Shown here: positions 40,499-50,176 of the stretch, piece by piece
Layout: every line of letters starts with the position of its first letter
Numbering within the stretch: the stretch's first letter is position 1
The notes under the pieces: model-generated
What the model was told of the DNA's origin: nothing
The model's input: only the letters and a program-made list of their open reading frames with translations
The model's database searches: none
Position numbers and translations under genes: made by a program
Assembly (NCBI GenBank): GCA_030266245.1
Contig: JAJDHP010000004.1
Coordinates: 994 to 64,993 of the forward strand
DNA: 64,000 nucleotides
DNA from: Methanimicrococcus sp. OttesenSCG-928-J09
GTDB lineage: Archaea > Halobacteriota > Methanosarcinia > Methanosarcinales > Methanosarcinaceae
Reading direction: 5' to 3'

Positions 40499-40788
40499 AT
40501 TTACTGATGTATATGCTATCCGTTTTTTATTTGAAGAGGTTCACGCTTCCTTATTTTAAGGCTTGTGAACAGAGCATAACAAGGAATCGCTGGTATATAT
40601 ACGTTTTGGTTATACCGACTGCGATTCATTTTTTATTCAAATACTAAGTGCGGTTTTATGATTTATTTAAAAATGGAAGTATGGTTTCAACGAAGTTTCA
40701 TAATTCTATTATAATTTACTAAAATAAAATCAGAAGACGGTTTCAATAGAGATTTTAGAGTCTATCCTCTTTATTCCTATCGTGATCC

Positions 40789-41547
40789 TTATTTTAATTT
40801 AGAAAAATTCAATGTGAATTGACCATCAAGTGTTAAATGATATTCAATTTCTTTTTTACTATCTTTAACATTTTTTACTTCGATAAATTCATTCTTTTTT
40901 AAATATTCGATCAACAAGTTAAAACTGCCATAAGATATGCTTCTTTTAGTCTTTTTAGAAGACTCGTAATCAGGAGCAGGTATATATTTTTCTGACAATT
41001 TTTTCTGTAAATCTTTTCGAGATAAGGTTTTATTAGGTGCCGAATTCAATAAATTTAATATTGTAACTCGGTTAGGGTTTTTTTGAAAATCATTTATTGA
41101 TATTTTCGGAATGGAGATAATTCTTGCATCACCATCTCTATCAACATGATATGGAATTGCACCCTCTATCCATAGAGTTGTCAAAAAAAGACCAATTGCC
41201 AATGCTTTTGTGCCGTTCGTAATATTCATGTAATATTTTGCATCTTTGTCTTTTTTATATATTGAAAAAATATTTTCCCGAATTGTATCAAGAGAATCAT
41301 TTTCAATTTTTACGATTTCAACTCCATCTCTTACAAAAGGAGTTGCAATTTTTTTAAGTTCTTCTATAGATTCAATAATTTTATTTCTTGTATTCTTTCT
41401 GTTTTTATCATCGGTTGGCTCATAAACAGATTTCTCGACAATTACATATAATTTTGTGGCTGGAGAGATCATTTGTACAGCAACAGGAAATATTAAAGAC
41501 ACGTTTTCTCCGGCACTCATTATGTGTATTAAGTTTTCACTTTTCAT
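40789..41547 (-). CDS. CARF + winged-helix transcriptional regulator (Csa3/DUF6293-like)
   Basis: Rossmann-like N-terminus with CARF motif YYMNITNGTK; C-terminal wHTH (ILNLL...LSRKDL...LIEYLKKNEFIEV...YHLTLDG). Confidence 0.75.
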   Translation of the reverse strand: MKSENLIHIMSAGENVSLIFPVAVQMISPATKLYVIVEKSVYEPTDDKNRKNTRNKIIESIEELKKIATPFVRDGVEIVKIENDSLDTIRENIFSIYKKDKDAKYYMNITNGTKALAIGLFLTTLWIEGAIPYHVDRDGDARIISIPKISINDFQKNPNRVTILNLLNSAPNKTLSRKDLQKKLSEKYIPAPDYESSKKTKRSISYGSFNLLIEYLKKNEFIEVKNVKDSKKEIEYHLTLDGQFTLNFSKLK

Positions 41548-41582
41548 CTATATCGAATTATTTGTCTAACTATTTATAGATT

Positions 41583-41630
41583 ATGTTTAATAAATTTTGA
41601 ACATCTTTTATTCTATTTATCACTTGATAA
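41583..41630. promoter_or_regulatory. inverted repeats in the divergent CARF/viperin promoter
   Basis: TTTATA at 41573-41578; ATGTTTAA-N6-TTGAACAT (41583-41604); perfect TTATCA-CT-TGATAA (41617-41630) 2 nt before the viperin ATG. Confidence 0.4.
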
Positions 41631-41632
41631 CA

Positions 41633-42469
41633 ATGAGAAAAATTCAATCAATTAATTGGCATATTACAGACAGATGTAATTACGGCTGTAAATTTTGTTA
41701 TGTCCAAAATCTTTGCAACAAAATTACAGATATAAAGAAATGTGAATCGATATTGTCCCGATTTCAAGAAACAAAAACAGATCTTATTGACATTCGTAAG
41801 ATTAATTTTGTCGGCGGCGAACCTTTGCTTCATCCGCATATAATGGAATTCGTGAAAATGTCTCATGATATGGGATTTGTGACTTCTATTGTTACAAACG
41901 GTTCTTTGCTGAACGAAAAAAATATTGGATCATTTGCTCCTTATTTGGATTGGATCGGTTTATCTGTTGATTCTGCCAGTAATGAAATTGAATCATTGCT
42001 TGGCCGCGGAAATGGGAATCATGTTACCCATTCTAAAATTGTTGCTCAACTCGTTCATGATTATGACATCAAACTCAAAATAAACACAACTGTAACCAAA
42101 GTAAACTATGAAGAGAAAGTGCATGCTTTGATTTCAGAGTTAGGCCCACATCGCTGGAAAATCTTTCAAATGCTTCACATTAAAGGACAAAATGATCTGT
42201 GTCTTCAAAATCTTTCAATAACAGACGAAGAGTTTGCCTATTTCAAAAACCAACATGAAGATGTTATTCTGAGAAACAATGTTAAGCCGACATTTGAGTT
42301 CTGCAATGATATGAAAAATTCATATATAATTTTGGATCCGGTCGGAAATGTTTTGTCTAATCGAACCGGCGAATATGTTTCATACACGTTAGATGATTTA
42401 TTTGAAAATACTGAAAAAATAATTGATATACAAAAATACATTTCAAGAGGTGCAATTGATGGAATCTGA
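41633..42469 (+). CDS. prokaryotic viperin (radical SAM ddhNTP synthase)
   Basis: INWHITDRCNYGCKFC, KINFVGGEP, SIVTNGS, LSVDS, KINTTV, RWKIFQ, MKNSYIILD, YISRG: viperin-specific motifs. Confidence 0.92.
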   Translation: MRKIQSINWHITDRCNYGCKFCYVQNLCNKITDIKKCESILSRFQETKTDLIDIRKINFVGGEPLLHPHIMEFVKMSHDMGFVTSIVTNGSLLNEKNIGSFAPYLDWIGLSVDSASNEIESLLGRGNGNHVTHSKIVAQLVHDYDIKLKINTTVTKVNYEEKVHALISELGPHRWKIFQMLHIKGQNDLCLQNLSITDEEFAYFKNQHEDVILRNNVKPTFEFCNDMKNSYIILDPVGNVLSNRTGEYVSYTLDDLFENTEKIIDIQKYISRGAIDGI

Positions 42470-43016
42470 TTCAAACTTAAAAAGATACTGTTTTACCGGT
42501 ACCCGTGGTGTCGGAAAAAGTACACTTGTCCAAAAAGTAAAAGATGAATTTTCATCTATTATTTTTACCGCAGGCTCGGATATTCTCAAAGAAATGATGG
42601 GAGGTGAATACAAAAATTTTGAATATCTCCCCGAAAACGAAAAGTCCCAACTTCGATTTGAATTGAATCAAAATTTAAGAAAAATGCAGCAAGAATCTCA
42701 AAAAGATATTTTTGTGGATGCACATTTAACAGTTTGTAATTTAAAAACCGGCATTATTGAAAATATTTTCACAGAGAATGAAATTGAATTTTATACTGAT
42801 ATTGTTCTGCTTGATTCCACACCTGAAAAAGTTTTAGAAAATCGGAGAAAAGATACAACAAAAGAACGAATTTTGGATTTAGATCTTATTTCTAAAGAGT
42901 TAGAATTTGAAAAGAAGGAAGCTATCAAAGTTTGTTCAGATTATAATCTGAAACTTCATATAATAAAAGTCGGAGATAATGAAGTAGAAAAACTGAAAGA
43001 TATATTAATGGAGTAA
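42459..43016 (+). CDS. P-loop nucleotide monophosphate kinase-like protein
   Basis: FTGTRGVGKST, IFVDAH, RRKDTTKER lid; overlaps the viperin stop codon. Confidence 0.8.
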   Translation: MESDSNLKRYCFTGTRGVGKSTLVQKVKDEFSSIIFTAGSDILKEMMGGEYKNFEYLPENEKSQLRFELNQNLRKMQQESQKDIFVDAHLTVCNLKTGIIENIFTENEIEFYTDIVLLDSTPEKVLENRRKDTTKERILDLDLISKELEFEKKEAIKVCSDYNLKLHIIKVGDNEVEKLKDILME

Positions 43017-43038
43017 ACAAAGGGTAGAGGGGATTTTT

Positions 43039-46000
43039 TTGGACAAAGTAGAAGAAGTTGAAAGTTTTTTATGGGAACTTTTTGAAATCGATTGGAGGTC
43101 AAACATTAGAAAGGCGGAACGTATTGACTCTCTAAACAGTAAAAACTATATTAATAAGTACATGCTGAATCAATATTTTATTTATCGTTTTTATACAGAT
43201 CCTGGATTTAAACAATTTTTAATTTCCGAGATTGAAAAAAAACCGGAGCTTATCCAAAATGTTGGCAATTATATAATTCACAAGAAAACATCATTTAATG
43301 ATTTATTTCATTTAAGTAAATGTAACATAGATAACAAATCTATTTACGATAATTATATTGAAAATCAAATTGAAGAAATACAAAGTATCCAGCTTGATTC
43401 TTCCAATCAATTACAAAATATCCAACAAAAATATTCAACGATGGAGAATGTTCAATCTTCTCAAATATTAATGGACTCAAAAATTTTCAAAGAGTTGTAT
43501 CAAAAATGCAATTTCGGTAGTCCTGAAGAAAGAACCCTAAATTATTATAAAAATAAATTGGATTACGCAAAAGGTGAAGAAAAAAAAGACGATGATGAAA
43601 TAATTGCAATCAGCTCATTAATTTATGAACATGAGATGAAAGTGCTTAACGGATATGATTTATTTAAAAAAGATTTAATAAAAGATGAGAGCATTCAAAT
43701 TAGCCCATTATTTACTTCAATTGGAACAAAATTTGTCGCTGAAAATTTAATTGCTTTAAATCTTTATTCATATTCATATGATTATAGTGATTTGAATTTA
43801 CTTCCTCAACCAAGTCAAGAATTTATTAAAAAAGCATTTGAATATTATTCACAAAAGGATATTGTTTTCCCATTTTCTTTGAATGTTCCTTTTTTAGTAG
43901 GTCAACCAGTATCTATCAATCCATCAGATATTGGTCTTCCATTAAATCATTTAATCCCTGTAGATCCGAAATCTCTTAATCCACATTTAAAATTTATAAC
44001 AGATTTTTTTAAAATCTGTTTTGTTTTGTGGTTTGAAAATCTAGAAGAAAATGAAAAAATTTGCATTTTGAATCAAAGTTATAAACTTTCGTTAACAGAT
44101 TCAAATATTGATAATTATTTCAATTTGTTTGGAAAACACGATCTTTCAAATCCCCCATTTAATAACGAAACTTTAAAAGATATGGGGAAACGTGATTTAA
44201 CTGACATCTCATTAGAAATATTTTACAATGGTTATTACTATGAAGCATCAAATCTATTTCAATATCTATTTAAAAAAGCGAATTCCGATATTGAAAAAAG
44301 TTATCTGCTTCACTATTCTTCAACTTGTTATACAGCAATAAATGAGTATGATTCCGCTATCGAAACTTCTTTAGAAAACTAGGAAACAGCTAAATTCTCA
44401 AATAATAAAATTTTAGAGACTATGGCATTTTTAGATATAGCAGAAGCATACTTTAAATTGGATAAAATTGATTTGGCAAACCAATGTTTGAAAAAAGTAT
44501 TTCCTATTCTTAAAAAAATGAATAAGAACGAAAAATCTATTACCTTTCTTAATATAAGTGAAATGTTCCAAAGAATCCATGATTATGAAAATGAATATAA
44601 ACATCTGGATAAAATCTTAAAAAAATATACTCTTGATGATTTTGTACTAACAAAAAAGACTATAGAAAGATTCAACAATTTAGAATTAAGCCAAAAGTAC
44701 TATGATTTCCATCAATTGGAAAAAATAGATAAAAATAATTTGGCAAAGGAATATGTAAGAGTAGGCGGAGGGCATATAAAAAAATTTCAGTTCGAACTTG
44801 CAATCCCTTATTTCGAAAGAGCAAATGAAATTACAAATTCAATGATTGGAACTTAGTCAATCGCGTTTTGTTATTATCATCTGTATTTGCAAAATCAAAC
44901 GAATGAAGAAGTGAATGATTATTTAGATCTTGCTAATGAATATTCTTTGAAAATCAATTGCGAAGAGTTGCCAATTGATGAAATTAATAATTTTAGAAGT
45001 TTTAATATGCCATTAAAATTTTTCATATCAAATTCAATTTTGCTTGAAGATAAACAAAATAATTATGAGGGCTATGTCCATTACGATTTATTAAAACCTT
45101 ATATTCATTATTATATTAATTTGGTCCACAAAAAAGAGAATTTAGACCAATTAAATAGAGCTTTGGATTTCTGTGTACAATACTGTTTATATTTTAAAGA
45201 CAAAGACCTGACAATAAATGTATTTGAGTATTTGCTTAAAGAACTCAAAAAAGCAGAACTGGCATCATCTTATCTTTTAATTGCTAATTCGTTTCATCGT
45301 TTTTTCCATTTTGATTTTGTTCATTACTACATTGATGAAGGATTGAAAACTGCTGTCGATGAAGAATTACATTTGTTTTATAATGTGAGAGCGACAGCAT
45401 ATGCAAATGATACAAATTATTATGAAGCTATAAAATGGTATCAACGCGCCATCGAATCAAATAATAATTTCGTTTCATGGAATAATTTGGCAGTTACATA
45501 TTATTCATCTGTGCAATACACAAAAGCATTGATCTCGATTCAAGAAGCAATATCGATAATGGATCCAGATTCGGAGGACTGTGATCGTGTAGAATACTTA
45601 AAATCTGAATTTAAACGCCTATCTTCAAATAATATTGATATTGGTTCAATTAAAGAAGAGGATATTCGAGAAACGATTATAGAAGCAGAAAAATTGATTT
45701 TAAGCACCGATGAATCTGTTAATTATGCAACCGTTGCATTAGATTATGCAATAGCAATAGAATCCATCTTAAATTATAAGATTGCAATTCCTATCTATGA
45801 ATCCCTTATAAATAAATATAGTCAAGATGAATTAAATGATTTTAAGAAATCAAATCGTTCAATTCTTTGTGAAAATATCCTATCTCAAAAATCTCCTGTA
45901 TTAGGAACTTGGATCTCTATAAAAAAAGACTTGAAAAAAAGTGGTAAAGATAATGTTTCATTGCATATCAAAAAAGAGTTGGAAAACCATCGCATTTTCG

Positions 46001-46152
46001 ATAAATTAGAAACATTAAATGGATTAAAGGAATTACTACCCTTTAGGCACTCAAGAGCTCATAAAACTAAAAAAATACAATATAACACAATAGCTCAAAT
46101 GAGACAAAATTGTATTCCATATATCAACATAATAATAGACACTTATTATTAA
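43039..46152 (+). CDS. 1037-aa TPR protein with C-terminal HEPN-like domain, two in-frame TAG codons
   Basis: Three track ORFs share one frame, separated only by TAG at 44380-44382 and 44854-44856. The TPR pattern continues across both; RHSRAH (RxxxxH) lies at 46045-46062. Confidence 0.72.
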
Positions 46153-46160
46153 ATTTAAAA

Positions 46161-46233
46161 TGCTCCGGCCGGGATTCGAACCCGGGTTACAGGAGTGAGA
46201 GTCCTGAATGATTGGCCACTACACTACCGGAGC
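46161..46233 (-). tRNA. tRNA-Glu(CTC)
   Basis: GCTCCGGTAGTGTAG...CAGGA-CTCTCAC-TCCTG...GGTTCGAATCC...CGGAGCA. Confidence 0.95.
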
Positions 46234-46335
46234 AATTGAAAAACAATAACGTAAAACAGTTGCTGCAATCCGAGACCTTCTCAAATTGCAAAGCAAAAGA
46301 GAGATTAAAGATATAAAAAGATTGTTGTAACCCAT

Positions 46336-47409
46336 TCAGCCAACAGCAAAAACTCCTCCCGCCAAAAACGAAATCCAAACGATAAACAGCATTAAAAATG
46401 AATATTTCAAACCGGCAGCGGTTTTTCCTTTTCTTAATTTGCCGATCATCAGCCCCGAAAAGAAAGCCTGAATGAAAAGCATATGATAAAGCATTTCGGC
46501 GGCATTGCCTGCGAAATCTAAGGGATTTGATTGTGACGAAAGCAAGCTCATGGATTTAAACTGATGAATCAGAAGAACGGCAATTCCGATGAACAGCAGA
46601 AATGAAATGAATAAAACGGTGCCGTAAACGGATTGATTCGAATCTCTTTCTTTTTTCAGATTGACAGCTTCCTGAAGATCAAAAGCGGCGGCATCAATTG
46701 ACAAATACATCAGTCCGCCTGATTTTTCAGCGGCCGAAATAACCGATGCCGCCCTTTGAACAAGTTTTGAATCATACCGTTTTCCGAAATTTTCAAGACA
46801 AGAGTCAAATGGTTGCCCCGATTTCATTTTTAACCCGATTAATTGAATTTCATCCAAGAAAAAAGAATCATTTCGGTTTTTATTTTTTGTCTTGTGCCCG
46901 TTTTCAGGTTTTTTAATTTCATCATTTTTGCGGATTGAAAGCTCGGTTAAAGATTCAGGAAGTGTCAGACCGCCGGCAATTAAATTTGAAATATCGCGAA
47001 AAAAGCCGGGCATTTGTTCTTCCATAATTTCAATCTTTTTTTGATATCTTTCCTCAAAATAAATAAACGGCAGAAAAAAAGCAAAAGCAGTAAATAGAAA
47101 AACAGATTCAATCGAGATGAAGTAGGGAATCGAGACTTGGAATGCACTCTGTAAAAAATTCGGCAGATAATTCAACAGATAACTTAACCGATAACTCAAT
47201 AGCAAGTATGTATTTTCCCAAATTACAAAAAAGAAAAAGAGGACGATAGACGCTAAAATAAATCCGATTATGAAAGAAAATTTAGGATTCATTCCAAAAT
47301 AAAGAAACGGATCGGCTGCAAAATCGGAATAGAAGCCGTACTTTTCCCTTCTTTTCATTTTCACTTCAATCGAAAAATCATTGTCTGCTTCTTTTGTTTC
47401 AAATTTCAT
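46336..47409 (-). CDS. type II secretion/type IV pilus platform protein (T2SS F/TadC-like)
   Basis: MEEQMPGFFRDI...GLTLPESL, AAEKSGG, IQAFFSGLMIGKL. Confidence 0.85.
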   Translation of the reverse strand: MKFETKEADNDFSIEVKMKRREKYGFYSDFAADPFLYFGMNPKFSFIIGFILASIVLFFFFVIWENTYLLLSYRLSYLLNYLPNFLQSAFQVSIPYFISIESVFLFTAFAFFLPFIYFEERYQKKIEIMEEQMPGFFRDISNLIAGGLTLPESLTELSIRKNDEIKKPENGHKTKNKNRNDSFFLDEIQLIGLKMKSGQPFDSCLENFGKRYDSKLVQRAASVISAAEKSGGLMYLSIDAAAFDLQEAVNLKKERDSNQSVYGTVLFISFLLFIGIAVLLIHQFKSMSLLSSQSNPLDFAGNAAEMLYHMLFIQAFFSGLMIGKLRKGKTAAGLKYSFLMLFIVWISFLAGGVFAVG

Positions 47410-47510
47410 ATTTATCAACCCGTCTGTTCAAAAAAGAACCGACCTTCATAAACATTTCGATTTTTTCAAAAACGGAAGCCTTATCTGAAAAGAAAATCAA
47501 ATTCGGCGGC

Positions 47511-48911
47511 ATGGACAAAATACTAATTTCTTATGATCTGCAAAAACCGTATTCATCAGCCTCAATTATTCAAAAAGAAGACGGGAGTCTTTTTTATCGA
47601 ATTTCAGAACCGGAAATGAGCGATGAAAAACGAAAGCTGTTTCAAAAAATACTGTCGCTTTTAATCGATTCTCTCAATCCCGAGCTCTTTGATTCAACGG
47701 CACCGGATTCAAAAAATCATCTCCAAAAGACAGTTTCATCTTTATTGAATCTCTACTCAATTCATCTGTCAGAAGATGAAATAAATATCTTTTATTACTA
47801 TGCCGAACGTGATTTTTATGGTTTTTCCGCTGTTCAGCCGTTTTTAGAAGATCCGAATATAGAAGATATTTCCTGCAGCGGCAACGATATCCCGATTCAT
47901 ATTTTTCACCGAAAATACGGGTCCGTTCAGACAAATGTAACGCTTTCGGAATCGGAAACAAATGCGCTCATACGCAGAATGGCGCAGTGTTCCGGAAAAC
48001 CAATTTCGGTTGCCGAGCCGATGACTGATGCTGTTCTTCCGGACGGCTCACGCGTTCAATTGACGCTCGGCAGTGAAATTACAACAAAAGGAAGCACGTT
48101 TACGATTCGAAAATTTAACGAAAAACCATTTTCACCTTTCGATTTGGTCAAAAATTGTACATTCACACCGGAAACTGCGGCATATCTGTGGCTGTGCGTG
48201 GAATCAAATATGAATCTTATTTTTGCAGGAGGAACGGCAAGCGGAAAAACGACTTCATTGAATGCTTTTTGTCAATTCATACCTGCAAATAAAAAAATCG
48301 TTTCTATTGAGGATACCCGGGAAATTAATCTGCCGCATTTGAATTGGATTTCTGCGGTTTCAAGAGAACGAAACGGAAATGCTGAAAATAATGCCGGCCG
48401 CATTACTTTGTATGATTTGCTTAAAGCGTCTCTTCGACAGCGGCCGGAATATATTTTAGTCGGCGAAGTCCGCGGCGCGGAGGCGTACGTTTTGTTTCAG
48501 GCGATGTCAACGGGACATACAACGATTTCAACGATGCACGCCGAATCCGTTGATACACTGATTCACAGGCTTGAAAATCCGCCGATGAATGTCCCGCGCG
48601 TGATGATTCAAACATTGGATGTTCTCGTTATTTTGGCTCAAACAGAAAATGAGGGTCGTTTTTCAAAGAAATGTCTTGCCGTTTATGAAATTTTAGAAAC
48701 CGACCCTCAGACTTCTGAAATCCTGACAATTGAAATTTTCAATCATCTGATGCCGGATTCAAAACCGGATTTGGAGAAGTCCGCCGTTTTGAAAAAAGCC
48801 GGAATCCGAAAAGGGTGGACAGCTGAAAAGCTCAAAGAAGAATTTGAACGCCGCATTTTGAGTTTTCATGAATACGACGGAATTAGTCAGGAATCGGGGG
48901 TTTTAAAATGA
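47511..48911 (+). CDS. type II/IV secretion ATPase (FlaI/VirB11-like)
   Basis: DPNIEDISC, GGTASGKTT, IEDTRE, LRQRPEYILVGEVRG, TGH...TMHA. Confidence 0.93.
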   Translation: MDKILISYDLQKPYSSASIIQKEDGSLFYRISEPEMSDEKRKLFQKILSLLIDSLNPELFDSTAPDSKNHLQKTVSSLLNLYSIHLSEDEINIFYYYAERDFYGFSAVQPFLEDPNIEDISCSGNDIPIHIFHRKYGSVQTNVTLSESETNALIRRMAQCSGKPISVAEPMTDAVLPDGSRVQLTLGSEITTKGSTFTIRKFNEKPFSPFDLVKNCTFTPETAAYLWLCVESNMNLIFAGGTASGKTTSLNAFCQFIPANKKIVSIEDTREINLPHLNWISAVSRERNGNAENNAGRITLYDLLKASLRQRPEYILVGEVRGAEAYVLFQAMSTGHTTISTMHAESVDTLIHRLENPPMNVPRVMIQTLDVLVILAQTENEGRFSKKCLAVYEILETDPQTSEILTIEIFNHLMPDSKPDLEKSAVLKKAGIRKGWTAEKLKEEFERRILSFHEYDGISQESGVLK

Positions 48912-49819
48912 TTGAAAATGAAAACGCGCCGGTCTATCAAATTTCAAAAACGGCATATCGGATTTTCGGCAGCATTGCCGAAAAAATGAAGTTTCAATTT
49001 TTATCAAAAAATCTGAAAAAAAGCCGGCTGTATATTGAAGAAAATCTTTACAAATCCCTGCTTTTATTTATGATTTTGATAATAACAGCCGGCGGTTTTT
49101 TTGTTGAGATTCTTCTTTTTATTTTGAAAAAAACAGAATTTCTTCCAAATGAAGAAAAATATTTGTTTTTGAGTCTTTTGACAGGCGCAGCTGCATTTTT
49201 TTCAATTGTCACAGCTGTTTCATTTTTTTGCCTGCTCCCGTTTTCAAAAGCATATGACCGAAAAATAAGAATAGAACAGCAGCTGCCGTTTGCAACAAAT
49301 TATATGGCAGCGATGGCGGTTGCCGGGGTTCGGACAGAAATCATTTTTCAATCGCTTTCTCAAAAGAAAATGGAAAACGTTTACAAAGAGCTTTCAGAAG
49401 AAGCGAAAACATTAGACATTCAAATCAATTGTTTCGGAAAAGATTACCCGTCAGCGCTTCAAACCTTGTCGGAAGAAACCGCTTCACCCTTATTTTCAGA
49501 ATTCATACACGGCGCGAAAAACACATTTATTTCCGGCGGCAGCTTCCAAAAATTCATTATTTCCAAAAAACACGAATATCAAAGCCTTGCCGTTCGCCGA
49601 AAAGAAAAATATTTTCAAACCCTTGAAATGCTTTCCGAAATCTACATCACCGTTTTCTTAGCGATGCCGATTTTTTTCATGATTTTGCTTTACACCATGA
49701 CACCGCTTTCAGGACCGAAACCAGAACAAATGAGCACTTTAACGTATTTGGCTGTTCCGTTTTTAGGCATTTTCTTTCTTCTGATTTTGGAGATAATCAA
49801 CGAAAAAGAAGATGTTTGA
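48908..49819 (+). CDS. type II secretion/type IV pilus platform protein (T2SS F-like)
   Basis: IEQQLPFATNYMAAM, LEMLSEIY; coupled to the ATPase by an ATGA overlap. Confidence 0.85.
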   Translation: MIENENAPVYQISKTAYRIFGSIAEKMKFQFLSKNLKKSRLYIEENLYKSLLLFMILIITAGGFFVEILLFILKKTEFLPNEEKYLFLSLLTGAAAFFSIVTAVSFFCLLPFSKAYDRKIRIEQQLPFATNYMAAMAVAGVRTEIIFQSLSQKKMENVYKELSEEAKTLDIQINCFGKDYPSALQTLSEETASPLFSEFIHGAKNTFISGGSFQKFIISKKHEYQSLAVRRKEKYFQTLEMLSEIYITVFLAMPIFFMILLYTMTPLSGPKPEQMSTLTYLAVPFLGIFFLLILEIINEKEDV

Positions 49820-49908
49820 AATTTGTGCCGGCGGTTTGCGCGCGCGAGCTGCACAAATTTTTAAATATTACAAAAACGCGGTTTGATTTTCAAATATGTT
49901 AAATAAAT

Positions 49909-50029
49909 ACAAAACTAAGTAGCAGTGGAGGGAGGTGTTTGTTCCCGCTTGGAGTCAGGTTTCCGTTTTGCAGTGGGGGGGCGGTGTTTATGAAAAATCG
50001 CTTCGCGATTTTTGGCAGCTGCCGCTGCC
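49909..50029. repeat. dispersed repeat family A, inverted copy
   Basis: TTGGAGTCAGG-TTTTGCAGTGGG-GGTGTTTATG-AAAATCGC/GCGATTTT-GGCAGCTGCCGC. Confidence 0.85.
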
Positions 50030-50124
50030 TTAATGTAAACAGTAAAGCAATTCGGACCGGCAGCCGCGCGCGCGAGCCGGACAAATTTTCAAATAAACGG
50101 AAAAATACAGCACGAATATTTAAA

Positions 50125-50157
50125 AAAGAAAAGTAAAAGAAAGCCGAATCGGCTTTC
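50125..50157 (-). terminator. hairpin plus T-rich tract after catalase
   Basis: GAAAGCCG-ATT-CGGCTTTC followed on the minus strand by TTTTACTTTTCTTTT. Confidence 0.55.
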
Positions 50158-50176
50158 CCTCTAAAAGTTTTGAAAT

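Larger units (their letters stand above)
40789..46152. mobile_element. AT-rich defence island between two tRNA-Glu genes
   Basis: Visibly AT-richer with ATA/AGA/TTA-heavy codons; ends 8 bp from the 3' end of tRNA-Glu(CTC); no integrase seen. Confidence 0.65.

Noticed and set aside
40499-40788. att site or integrase remnant at the left island edge
   Set aside because: I could not see a duplicated tRNA 3' fragment or a recombinase motif.
39692-41547. Complete Thoeris, CBASS or type III CRISPR system
   Set aside because: No ThsA, CD-NTase, Cas10 or other cas gene in the window; only a lone TIR and a lone CARF regulator.
43039-46152. Three separate genes as shown in the ORF track
   Set aside because: Same frame, gaps of only 39 and 30 nt that encode TPR-compatible sequence, no clear SD for the internal starts, and both breaks are TAG.
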